64,000 nucleotides of DNA from a virus. Lineage: Duplodnaviria; Caudoviricetes. Positions 57,043 to 64,000 of this stretch are shown here, one piece after another. How positions within the stretch are numbered: position 1 is the first letter of the stretch; every line of letters starts with the position of its first letter. The translations under genes and the position numbers were made by a program. Under the pieces are notes generated by a model. The model made no database searches and was not told where the DNA came from. It worked only from the letters and a program-made list of their open reading frames with translations. The stretch is taken from IMG/VR virus record IMGVR_UViG_3300035498_000575, positions 38,417 through 102,416 of that record. The stretch is one strand, 5' to 3'.

Positions 57043-59178
57043 TTACATATTCATTAGTATCTCCTTGAATTCATCCAGAGTTACAATTCGAACGCCATGC
57101 TTTCTAGCTTTAGTTATTTTGCTACTATGCACAGCTTCACTTGGAACAACGAGATACGTTGTGTCTTTATTCACATTGTCAACAACTAAACCTTCTTTAG
57201 CTTCGATAGTTTTCTCTGTGTCATTGTCTCTGATTCTACTGAAGCATACAGTGAACTTAGGTTCATAACTTTGAACTTGGACGTCTACGATTCTAAATTC
57301 TCCTAGAGATACCAATGATTCAAAATGTTCTATTAAATCTAGGTTTTCTTTCAATCCATGGATGATATTCTCTGCCATTATAGAACCAATGCCCTCAATA
57401 CAAATTAGCATATTGTATAAAGCTGTTGTATTACCATCAACCATATTGTCTATTATTGTATAATAAGGTATCACACTGAGTATCTTCCTTGCAGTCTTTC
57501 TACTTAAACCCTCAATACCTAAAGAACCTAGGAATTCGTCAGAATACATCTCTCTACTCTCATCGATAGATTTGAGTATATTTGACCAACGTTTTTTCCC
57601 AAATCCTGCAGTATGACAGAACTTCTTATTTTTGTATAGAGTATACAAATCGGATATGTCATGTATGAGGTCCATGTTTATGAAAGTTCTCAATGTGGCG
57701 TATGATAAACCCTTTATTCTATTCTTAGACGCAAAGTTTACCAATTTTCCTAATATTTTACTTTCACAAGATGGGTTACTACATTGTAGTTCGTCAGAAC
57801 CTTTTTTGTTACACAAGGGCTTACCGCATGTTGGACATAAATTAGGTATAGCAAACGGGATATCATCAGATTTAGTACACTTGTCGTTTACTGTTAGATA
57901 AGGTATTATGTCGTATTTTATTATCACTTCTGAATTGGGTGATAAATTTAATGATTTCATTCTGCCTATGCTTCCTAGAGACACCCTAGATATTGTATTG
58001 CCTTTTAGTTTAACGGGTTCCACGATTGCTACAGGAGCAATGTTTCCGAAATCGCCCATCTGGAATATAACATTAGTTATCCTCGTCTTTGCTTCAACTT
58101 CTGTAAATTTATAAGCTACTTCGTATTTGTTCTTATCATCTTTACGACCTAAAACATTACGAATCTCCGCATCAACGATGTATATTACAGCACCGTCACA
58201 CCTGTACTCAGACATCAAAGATTCTAGACTATCAGCAAACCTTTTAATCCCTATTCTGTCATCCATCGTTGTAGATAAATAAGGGTACTCACTAAAGACT
58301 TCATCACAAAGAATCTGTTGTTCTTCTGAACCCACTCTTAGAGGAACCGGATGTAACAACTTTGATTTCTCCTTGTCGTATTCATTTGAGTTTAATATAG
58401 CTGAAGCAATAGACCTTGTATTCTTATAATTAGTTCCATATTTCTCATTAAAAGAATCTAAATCTGAGTTCTTAACCATAATCTCTGTCTTTACAGCGTA
58501 CTCATCACCAAAATCGACAACAGGAATATATTTGTATTTCTTAAATGTATTTAATACATTCTGTGCTGTGTTGTCTTTCGTGTATCCTCTAGTTAAAGCA
58601 CGACTAGCTTCATAACTGTCACTACGCATTTCAAATATACAGGAAACACCGTCGAACTTTGGGAACACATATATCTCAACTTTTGATAAATCGATTCTTG
58701 CCCCGCAATTATCATAGTATAAGTTTTCTGCACTGGATATCCACTGGTCTAAACTTCTCCTAGAATTATTAACTGATTCTTCACCAACTCCTAAGCTGTA
58801 AACCTTATCCAGTGTACCCCTGAATGATGGAAACTTATGATGACATGTCTCAACAATAGTTGATGGTGATACTGAGATTATATCATCTCCTCCTCCATTC
58901 ACCATTATCTCATATAACTTATCATAATCACTATCAGAGATTCCTGTGTCAGAACCTGAATAGTTGTATATGAATTGAGCTATTTTGATAATCTCAGAGA
59001 TTATCTGAATATCATATTCTGTTATAGGTCTGTTAATGTACTCAGAATTGACATACCTATTAATGGTTTTTATAACCTCTTTTGATTGTAAAAACTCTAC
59101 AGCTTCTCTTATGGATACATTATTATCTGTAAGATTGCTCATGAGTTCTTCACATTTAGATATAAGATCGTAAGTCAT
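57043..59178 (-). CDS. ligA: NAD-dependent DNA ligase
   Basis: ISDSDYDKL, KFDG, LTRG, DGAV, AYKF, CPTC..C..C Zn finger, HhH motifs, C-terminal BRCT. Confidence 0.95.
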   Translation of the reverse strand: MTYDLISKCEELMSNLTDNNVSIREAVEFLQSKEVIKTINRYVNSEYINRPITEYDIQIISEIIKIAQFIYNYSGSDTGISDSDYDKLYEIMVNGGGDDIISVSPSTIVETCHHKFPSFRGTLDKVYSLGVGEESVNNSRRSLDQWISSAENLYYDNCGARIDLSKVEIYVFPKFDGVSCIFEMRSDSYEASRALTRGYTKDNTAQNVLNTFKKYKYIPVVDFGDEYAVKTEIMVKNSDLDSFNEKYGTNYKNTRSIASAILNSNEYDKEKSKLLHPVPLRVGSEEQQILCDEVFSEYPYLSTTMDDRIGIKRFADSLESLMSEYRCDGAVIYIVDAEIRNVLGRKDDKNKYEVAYKFTEVEAKTRITNVIFQMGDFGNIAPVAIVEPVKLKGNTISRVSLGSIGRMKSLNLSPNSEVIIKYDIIPYLTVNDKCTKSDDIPFAIPNLCPTCGKPLCNKKGSDELQCSNPSCESKILGKLVNFASKNRIKGLSYATLRTFINMDLIHDISDLYTLYKNKKFCHTAGFGKKRWSNILKSIDESREMYSDEFLGSLGIEGLSRKTARKILSVIPYYTIIDNMVDGNTTALYNMLICIEGIGSIMAENIIHGLKENLDLIEHFESLVSLGEFRIVDVQVQSYEPKFTVCFSRIRDNDTEKTIEAKEGLVVDNVNKDTTYLVVPSEAVHSSKITKARKHGVRIVTLDEFKEILMNM

Positions 59179-59225
59179 AAAATTTACCTCCAAAAATTAT
59201 ATTTTTGATATGTTAATATCGATTA

Positions 59226-59239
59226 TATAATATATAATT
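59226..59239 (-). promoter_or_regulatory. Early-type promoter motif
   Basis: Exact AATTATATATTATA, 48 nt from the ATG. Confidence 0.7.
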
Positions 59240-59243
59240 AATT

Positions 59244-59639
59244 TTACAATATACCTTCCATTATCATTATCTCGTTTATCATGTCAACGAATAACGAAGG
59301 ATGGTATAAACGTAGACTACTGATGTCCTTGAACTCAGTTACTGAGCACATATAGTTTAACTCCAAAATCATAAACCATAATTCGGCCGAACCGTATATA
59401 TTCTTGGCTATTAGTCTTGGTTTATACTTATAATACAAAACCTCATCGTCTGTCAAATTAGCAGTCACAACTGATCCAGCTAGGTAATCCTTATACTTAT
59501 TAATTAACGAACCGTATGGAACACGAATAGTATCACCATTAGAATCCGTGATTATAGCTTTCTCATGTAAGTTTTTGTACGTCTTTTCTTGTTTTCTATA
59601 AGCATCAATTAAATCTTGTATAGTAACTGGCAATGCCAT
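59244..59639 (-). CDS. Baseplate wedge protein, LysM-like (T4 gp53-type)
   Basis: KPRLIAKNIYGSAELWFMILELN. Confidence 0.7.
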   Translation of the reverse strand: MALPVTIQDLIDAYRKQEKTYKNLHEKAIITDSNGDTIRVPYGSLINKYKDYLAGSVVTANLTDDEVLYYKYKPRLIAKNIYGSAELWFMILELNYMCSVTEFKDISSLRLYHPSLFVDMINEIMIMEGIL

Positions 59640-59669
59640 ATTAATCATCCTTTCTCATATTTAATTAGT

Positions 59670-59681
59670 TATAGGTCTGTT
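59670..59681 (-). promoter_or_regulatory. Late promoter AACA-N6-TA
   Basis: AACA-GACCTA-TA on the minus strand. Confidence 0.65.
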
Positions 59682-59701
59682 CTTCAGTCATGAAAATACA
59701 A

Positions 59702-59733
59702 AACTTAGAGAGATGAATTCATCTCTCTAAGTT
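59702..59733 (-). terminator. Perfect 32-bp palindrome, terminator
   Basis: AACTTAGAGAGATGAA|TTCATCTCTCTAAGTT. Confidence 0.75.
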
Positions 59734-60043
59734 AACTTATATTTATTCTTGTATAGTCATTAATTCTCTTTGTATCAGTACTATAATTATTTTTGTGCAG
59801 ATTTTCTGATATAGTATCAATACATTCATTGTCCGCTTGTATAACAGCAACAAGCTTATCATCTTCAACCTCAAATTTAACTGTCGCTTTGCCCTCATCT
59901 ACTGATTTTGATACAGCACGATAACTATTAACAAATTCACTATAATGATTATTAAGGACATGCGATAGATCTTGCGGCTGCATTTCTCTGCAATAGTCAA
60001 CCATACCTTTATGATCGACTTCGTTATGATTTCTTCGTCCCAT
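59732..60043 (-). CDS. Hypothetical protein
   Basis: ATG 60043 follows AAGGA; alternative start at 60061. Confidence 0.65.
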   Translation of the reverse strand: MGRRNHNEVDHKGMVDYCREMQPQDLSHVLNNHYSEFVNSYRAVSKSVDEGKATVKFEVEDDKLVAVIQADNECIDTISENLHKNNYSTDTKRINDYTRINIS

Positions 60044-60068
60044 CTCTATCCTTCTTTTCATTTAAATT

Positions 60069-60103
60069 TACTAAGGTGTTTTGTTTAGTAAAACACCTTA
60101 GTA
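60069..60103 (-). terminator. Hairpin terminator with an embedded late promoter (60069-60080)
   Basis: TACTAAGGTGTTTT-gtttagt-AAAACACCTTAGTA; each arm reads AACA-CCTTAG-TA. Confidence 0.65.
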
Positions 60104-60110
60104 TGTATTA

Positions 60111-60317
60111 TCAAGCTTTAGCTATCGCCTCTTGTTCTTGTAATAATTGCTCAACTCTAGCAGCTCTAATTTCACTCAATATTTTAAACGGAATCTCATT
60201 CATTATCTCATTATAAGATAACTGTCCTTTAAATATAGCCAGTGTTTCGTTTATAAACTGAGCGTATTTTCGATGTTGATTTCGGAAATCACTAAGAGTT
60301 GATATGCTGTAAAAACC
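60111..60317 (-). CDS. Unannotated -1 frame extension (GT-like) of the upstream tail chaperone
   Basis: Frame is open from 60329 to 60111 with no RBS-linked start; G_GTT_TTT at 60317-60311; encodes ...FKGQLSYNEIMNEIPFKILSEIRAARVEQLL... Confidence 0.6.
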   Translation of the reverse strand, partial: GFYSISTLSDFRNQHRKYAQFINETLAIFKGQLSYNEIMNEIPFKILSEIRAARVEQLLQEQEAIAKA

Positions 60318-61924
60318 AATGTGTTGATATCAACAGGCACACGCTTTGTAACTCTTCCGCAGTGTGGGCAGACTACATCCTTAAATGCAAAGCTGGATGC
60401 GTATTTTTCTGTGGTATCATTAAGGATAGAACCTAGAATCTTGATCTCTCTTGGCTTTATCTCATAAAGCGCATTTACTATGTTAGTACCATCTGTATAC
60501 TTAGCATATTCACCATTTTCATTAGGTATAGATACACTTCTTACAATAGATAGAAGTGATAGAGATAACTTCTTGGTATGATTAACATCATCCTCAAATA
60601 CCTCCTTGCCTTCATCGCTTAGCAACACATCTAGTATCTGATATAAATAATCGTATGCGGATGCGATACCTACCTCAACAATGAATCCACTATCAGGTAG
60701 CTTAATAGCCTTGTATGTTTGTACTGAGCTACTTTCAAATAGTTCTTGATACTCAGATGGCTTACAATCGGCTATCTTCTCAGTGTAGTCTAGGAAACTT
60801 TGTCCGCATCTGTCAAATTCAATTAAAGAACGTGGTGAATACTTGTGATCAAATGATGCCTTAATTAGCTCACCATTAGCGTCTCTACTAGCCTTTGGAC
60901 AATTAGGATTACCACAAGATAATTCTATTGTATCTTCTTCAGGGAACGTAGAAACTATGAGTCCATATACAGCCATATCCATATCAATATATGCAAACTT
61001 CTTTAGGAAGTCATCGAAACTCTCAAACTTACCAATATTAGCATTTGATAGCTTATTATAAATAACTGAAAGCTTCTTTCTAACTTGGTCGAAAGTTATA
61101 TTATCAGGATCTAGTGCAAGATCACCGAGTTCTCCATATGATAGACCATTCATCTTAGCTCTAAATCTAGATGCTGGGAAGCAAATAGGTGTCGATGCTG
61201 AAGATAGATGATATGACTCTATTTGATTGATGAACGTGTTTGAAGGTGATGGCTTAATATATCTTGTTGTCTGAAGTTCCTTCGTATCAACCTCAGTAAT
61301 CTTAATAGCCTTAGCCTTTGTGATTCTTTCTCTTTCTTCATCCGTGAATTCTATGGACTTACCAAGACCAGTCTTATCAATTAGGATATTAACAAGTTCT
61401 TCAGTACTTCTTTCTGTACTACCGTTATCACTTTCTTCACTCGCCTGTTCCTTCTTAATATTTTCTTGGAAAGCCTTCTCATCAAAATTTTCATCCTTTA
61501 TGATAATCTTATCTGCAATAGGATTATGCGTTTGAACAGTACCAGTTTCGGCAATCTCTTCAATAGCAGTCATTAATTGCATATTTTCAATATCGTTATT
61601 TACCTTAGGTGCGATTATCTTGCTTGCTATATCAGTCATCTTATCTAGACTTTCTGAATACTTAGCAACATCCTCACGCCTTTGGTCAGTATCAGTCATG
61701 CTTCTTAATGGCTCAGGTTCATTCTTTAGATCCTTATTATCAACTATGAGACCTTTTTGCTGTGTTTCCTTATCCATAGCTGCCTTATCTAAAGCAGATA
61801 ATTGAATATTACTTGACTCCTCGTCATTATTATTCTCTGGCTTTTGATTTAGTAGTGACATTAGATCAATACTTTCATCCTTCTTAATTTCTCCTCCATT
61901 AGGATTTGTATTCGTATTTGACAT
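60251..61924 (-). CDS. Tail/baseplate-hub assembly chaperone (T4 gp26-like) with acidic N-terminal extension
   Basis: IELSCGNPNC and VVCPHCG Zn motifs, LPDSGF, KKFAYIDMD; lies among baseplate genes. Confidence 0.55.
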   Translation of the reverse strand: MSNTNTNPNGGEIKKDESIDLMSLLNQKPENNNDEESSNIQLSALDKAAMDKETQQKGLIVDNKDLKNEPEPLRSMTDTDQRREDVAKYSESLDKMTDIASKIIAPKVNNDIENMQLMTAIEEIAETGTVQTHNPIADKIIIKDENFDEKAFQENIKKEQASEESDNGSTERSTEELVNILIDKTGLGKSIEFTDEERERITKAKAIKITEVDTKELQTTRYIKPSPSNTFINQIESYHLSSASTPICFPASRFRAKMNGLSYGELGDLALDPDNITFDQVRKKLSVIYNKLSNANIGKFESFDDFLKKFAYIDMDMAVYGLIVSTFPEEDTIELSCGNPNCPKASRDANGELIKASFDHKYSPRSLIEFDRCGQSFLDYTEKIADCKPSEYQELFESSSVQTYKAIKLPDSGFIVEVGIASAYDYLYQILDVLLSDEGKEVFEDDVNHTKKLSLSLLSIVRSVSIPNENGEYAKYTDGTNIVNALYEIKPREIKILGSILNDTTEKYASSFAFKDVVCPHCGRVTKRVPVDINTLVFTAYQLLVISEINIENTLSL

Positions 61925-62206
61925 AAAATAATCAATCCTTTCTTTTTAATAATAAATACTAATTACTATAAATGTTTGGTGATAATTTTTAATCCCATTA
62001 CATCGTTTTAGCTATATTAAAAACTTTTTTGTATACTATTATCGTATTATAGCTATAACTCTCATCCGGCTTGCCCGAAGGGCTTACCCCTGCCGTCAGG
62101 CTTACCTTTCCTCCTACTTACCTACTGTATATATAATATTATAAATATGTAAAAACAAAAATAAAAATTGATATTGATATTTCAAAATATAGCAAATCCC
62201 TATATC

Positions 62207-62218
62207 AACAATATAGTA
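62207..62218 (+). promoter_or_regulatory. Late promoter AACA-N6-TA
   Basis: AACA-ATATAG-TA; supports ATG 62234 as the true start. Confidence 0.65.
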
Positions 62219-62233
62219 AAAGGGTGTGATGAT

Positions 62234-62623
62234 ATGATATCCAGTACCACGATTCCCAACTATATGATTGAAAGTGAAGAATATGCTTACTCTCTTGAAG
62301 ATTTAACTGAATTTTATGGTGGGATGAAAATGAAAATATATGTACCTAAATTAATGCCCGATGTAGACATTAAGAAGATGAATAAGATAGAAACTAAAAG
62401 GATATATTGTAACTCCATGTATATCAATACCAAAAAAGAAAGTCGCCCATCTTGTGGAAGTGATATATCTTTTCAATATTATATAACTGGTATAGTTAAT
62501 TATAATTCTAACTATAAACATCTTTTAAATGAAAATGGTGTTATACCTAAGGGGACAAGATTTAAGTGTACGTTTATGAACGGTGATATAAATAAGTGCT
62601 TCATAGATACAGATATTAATTAA
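62234..62623 (+). CDS. Putative baseplate spike-associated OB-fold protein
   Basis: KIYVPKLMP...IPKGTRFKCTFMNGDINK resembles the gp5/gpV OB-fold motif. Confidence 0.45.
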   Translation: MISSTTIPNYMIESEEYAYSLEDLTEFYGGMKMKIYVPKLMPDVDIKKMNKIETKRIYCNSMYINTKKESRPSCGSDISFQYYITGIVNYNSNYKHLLNENGVIPKGTRFKCTFMNGDINKCFIDTDIN

Positions 62624-62626
62624 TGA

Positions 62627-62638
62627 AACAGTTATTTA
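62627..62638 (+). promoter_or_regulatory. Late promoter AACA-N6-TA
   Basis: AACA-GTTATT-TA. Confidence 0.65.
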
Positions 62639-62671
62639 AAATTTAATTGAATAGAAAGGAGCTTGTGTATT

Positions 62672-63448
62672 ATGAGCAAGTTTGATGATGTTTTAGGCAG
62701 ACAGCTACCTTCAAAGATAGCAAGAGCTAAGTATTTATATGAATTTGATGATGAAGAATTTGAGTCTAGTGACGATTTCGATTATGACTATGATGATAGT
62801 GATGAAAGAGAATGTTGTACTGAAGATGAAAAGGATTCTTGGGGAGTAGAGTCTGAGTGCGGAACTGGCTGCGAAGATGCAGAAGATGATTGGTGTGACG
62901 ACTGTGACGATGATGAAGACGACTATAGTTCTGACGCAGATTTTGGTTATGATGACCGTTCTTATCCAGAAGATTTAGATGTTGATGGAGTTGACAATAC
63001 TGCTGATGAACCAAGAGAGATTAAGGATATCGGTCCTGATGGAGAACAGCGTATCGATGACACTATGGACACAGTTGGTACTAGTATTTTACTTTCTGAT
63101 GAACTAAGTCCTGAAGAAGTAGATGAATTCACTGAGTCTGTGGATGCTGATATTCTAGTAGCAGAAGGTTATCTAACCGAAAAGACAATTGTTAAGATGG
63201 ATAAGAAGGCTAAGAGAGCTCAGCTATATGAAGTAGCGTTATATAAGGTTGCTAGAGAGCACAATGATAAGAATTATTGGAAGTTACAAACTGTGTACAA
63301 GATGGAAAGACAACTAAAGGCTAAGCTTCGTGCTAGATATCATAGCGAAGCAAATAGAAAGGTTAAGGAATATCTAGCTCGTGCACAAAAGTCAAAGTCC
63401 GGCATTCTATCTAAAATAGCTACAAAGCTAAAGAAGAAGACCAAGTAA
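62672..63448 (+). CDS. Putative virion protein with acidic propeptide and basic C-terminal domain
   Basis: Very D/E-rich N-terminus, FTES/LTEK sites, K/R-rich helical C-terminus; AAGGAG RBS. Confidence 0.65.
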   Translation: MSKFDDVLGRQLPSKIARAKYLYEFDDEEFESSDDFDYDYDDSDERECCTEDEKDSWGVESECGTGCEDAEDDWCDDCDDDEDDYSSDADFGYDDRSYPEDLDVDGVDNTADEPREIKDIGPDGEQRIDDTMDTVGTSILLSDELSPEEVDEFTESVDADILVAEGYLTEKTIVKMDKKAKRAQLYEVALYKVAREHNDKNYWKLQTVYKMERQLKAKLRARYHSEANRKVKEYLARAQKSKSGILSKIATKLKKKTK

Positions 63449-63461
63449 TAATATATATTAG

Positions 63462-63491
63462 GTATATATGTGGTATATACCACATATATAC
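63462..63491 (+). terminator. Perfect 30-bp palindrome
   Basis: GTATATATGTGGTAT|ATACCACATATATAC followed by ATTTTTT. Confidence 0.7.
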
Positions 63492-63547
63492 ATTTTTTAC
63501 ATTAATATAACCAATATAATATATATAAAGAAAGGATATGATGTATA

Positions 63548-64000
63548 ATGGATAATATTATATTAGAGAATATGTATTTTAGTCATAATATATCTTCATT
63601 AACAGATAAATATATTATAGAATGTTATGAAGATAGTTATATGTGTGAGTCAGTATTAGATAGTATTAAAACATTCTTTAGTAATTTAAAAGAAAAGATA
63701 AAAGATATATTTAATAAGATAATTAACGCAATAACTGGTAAAAGTAAAGATAATACAAATAAACTAAATGAAATAGAAGATAAGATTAAAGATAATCCAG
63801 AATTAGGTAAACAGAAAGTACAAATAGCTGATCCTGATAAAGTAGAGAATGAGATAGATAAACAAAAGAAAGAATATCTTAATAATAAGAATAAAGAAAA
63901 AGGTAAGTTTAAAGTAGATAAGAAGAAAGTTATAACAGTAGCTACAGTAACAGTATCATTGGCTGCAGCTGTAGTATTACTAAAGAAAGGTATAATTAAA
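63548..64000 (+). CDS. Putative internal head protein, 3' end outside the window
   Basis: Open frame MDNIILEN...MCESVLDSIKTFFSNLKEKIKDIF..., same architecture as 3739-4995; GAAAGGA RBS. Not in the ORF track. Confidence 0.7.
   Translation, partial: MDNIILENMYFSHNISSLTDKYIIECYEDSYMCESVLDSIKTFFSNLKEKIKDIFNKIINAITGKSKDNTNKLNEIEDKIKDNPELGKQKVQIADPDKVENEIDKQKKEYLNNKNKEKGKFKVDKKKVITVATVTVSLAAAVVLLKKGIIK

Noticed and set aside
62060-62130. tRNA or hammerhead ribozyme (CGGATGAG and GAAA on the minus strand)
   Set aside because: No cloverleaf or T-loop; the hammerhead core is mismatched and stem III cannot form.
63515-63528. Ninth early promoter motif
   Set aside because: Imperfect, lies in TA-rich sequence, and would point antisense into the 62672 gene.
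1-64000. Stop-codon reassignment
   Set aside because: Long conserved genes are intact in the standard code, and TAA, TAG and TGA all terminate plausible genes.

Overview
This is a 64-kb, AT-rich, gene-dense segment of a jumbo myovirus of the phiKZ-related, AR9/PBS1-like type, read in the standard genetic code. The host is probably an anaerobic Firmicute, inferred from strong GGAGG ribosome-binding sites, a class III ribonucleotide reductase and a large set of peptidoglycan hydrolases. The window encodes beta-type subunits of two multisubunit RNA polymerases (one large virion-type beta; non-virion beta split into N and C halves). It also encodes NrdD with two mini-inteins, RNase HI, RecA/UvsX, an SbcD-like nuclease, an NAD-dependent ligase, a Dps-like protein, baseplate proteins, and a giant tape-measure locus ending in six hydrolase-like domains. 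Patterns read directly from the DNA: (i) two promoter classes, a minus-strand AATTATATATTATA motif (8 copies) and AACA-N6-TA (16 exact copies), the latter matching the uracil-dependent AR9 late promoter; (ii) an unannotated -1 frame ORF behind a G_GTT_TTT site at the end of a tail-chaperone-like gene; (iii) a +1 frame junction inside the tape-measure locus; (iv) Gly-Gly linkers between the enzyme blocks of a tail protein that carries C39-like peptidases; (v) two TnpB-family RuvC genes, one lacking its N-terminal REC/WED lobe; (vi) loop-less perfect palindromes at gene ends; (vii) a GC-rich structured intergenic island. All family calls come from motif recognition by eye; no database searches were run.
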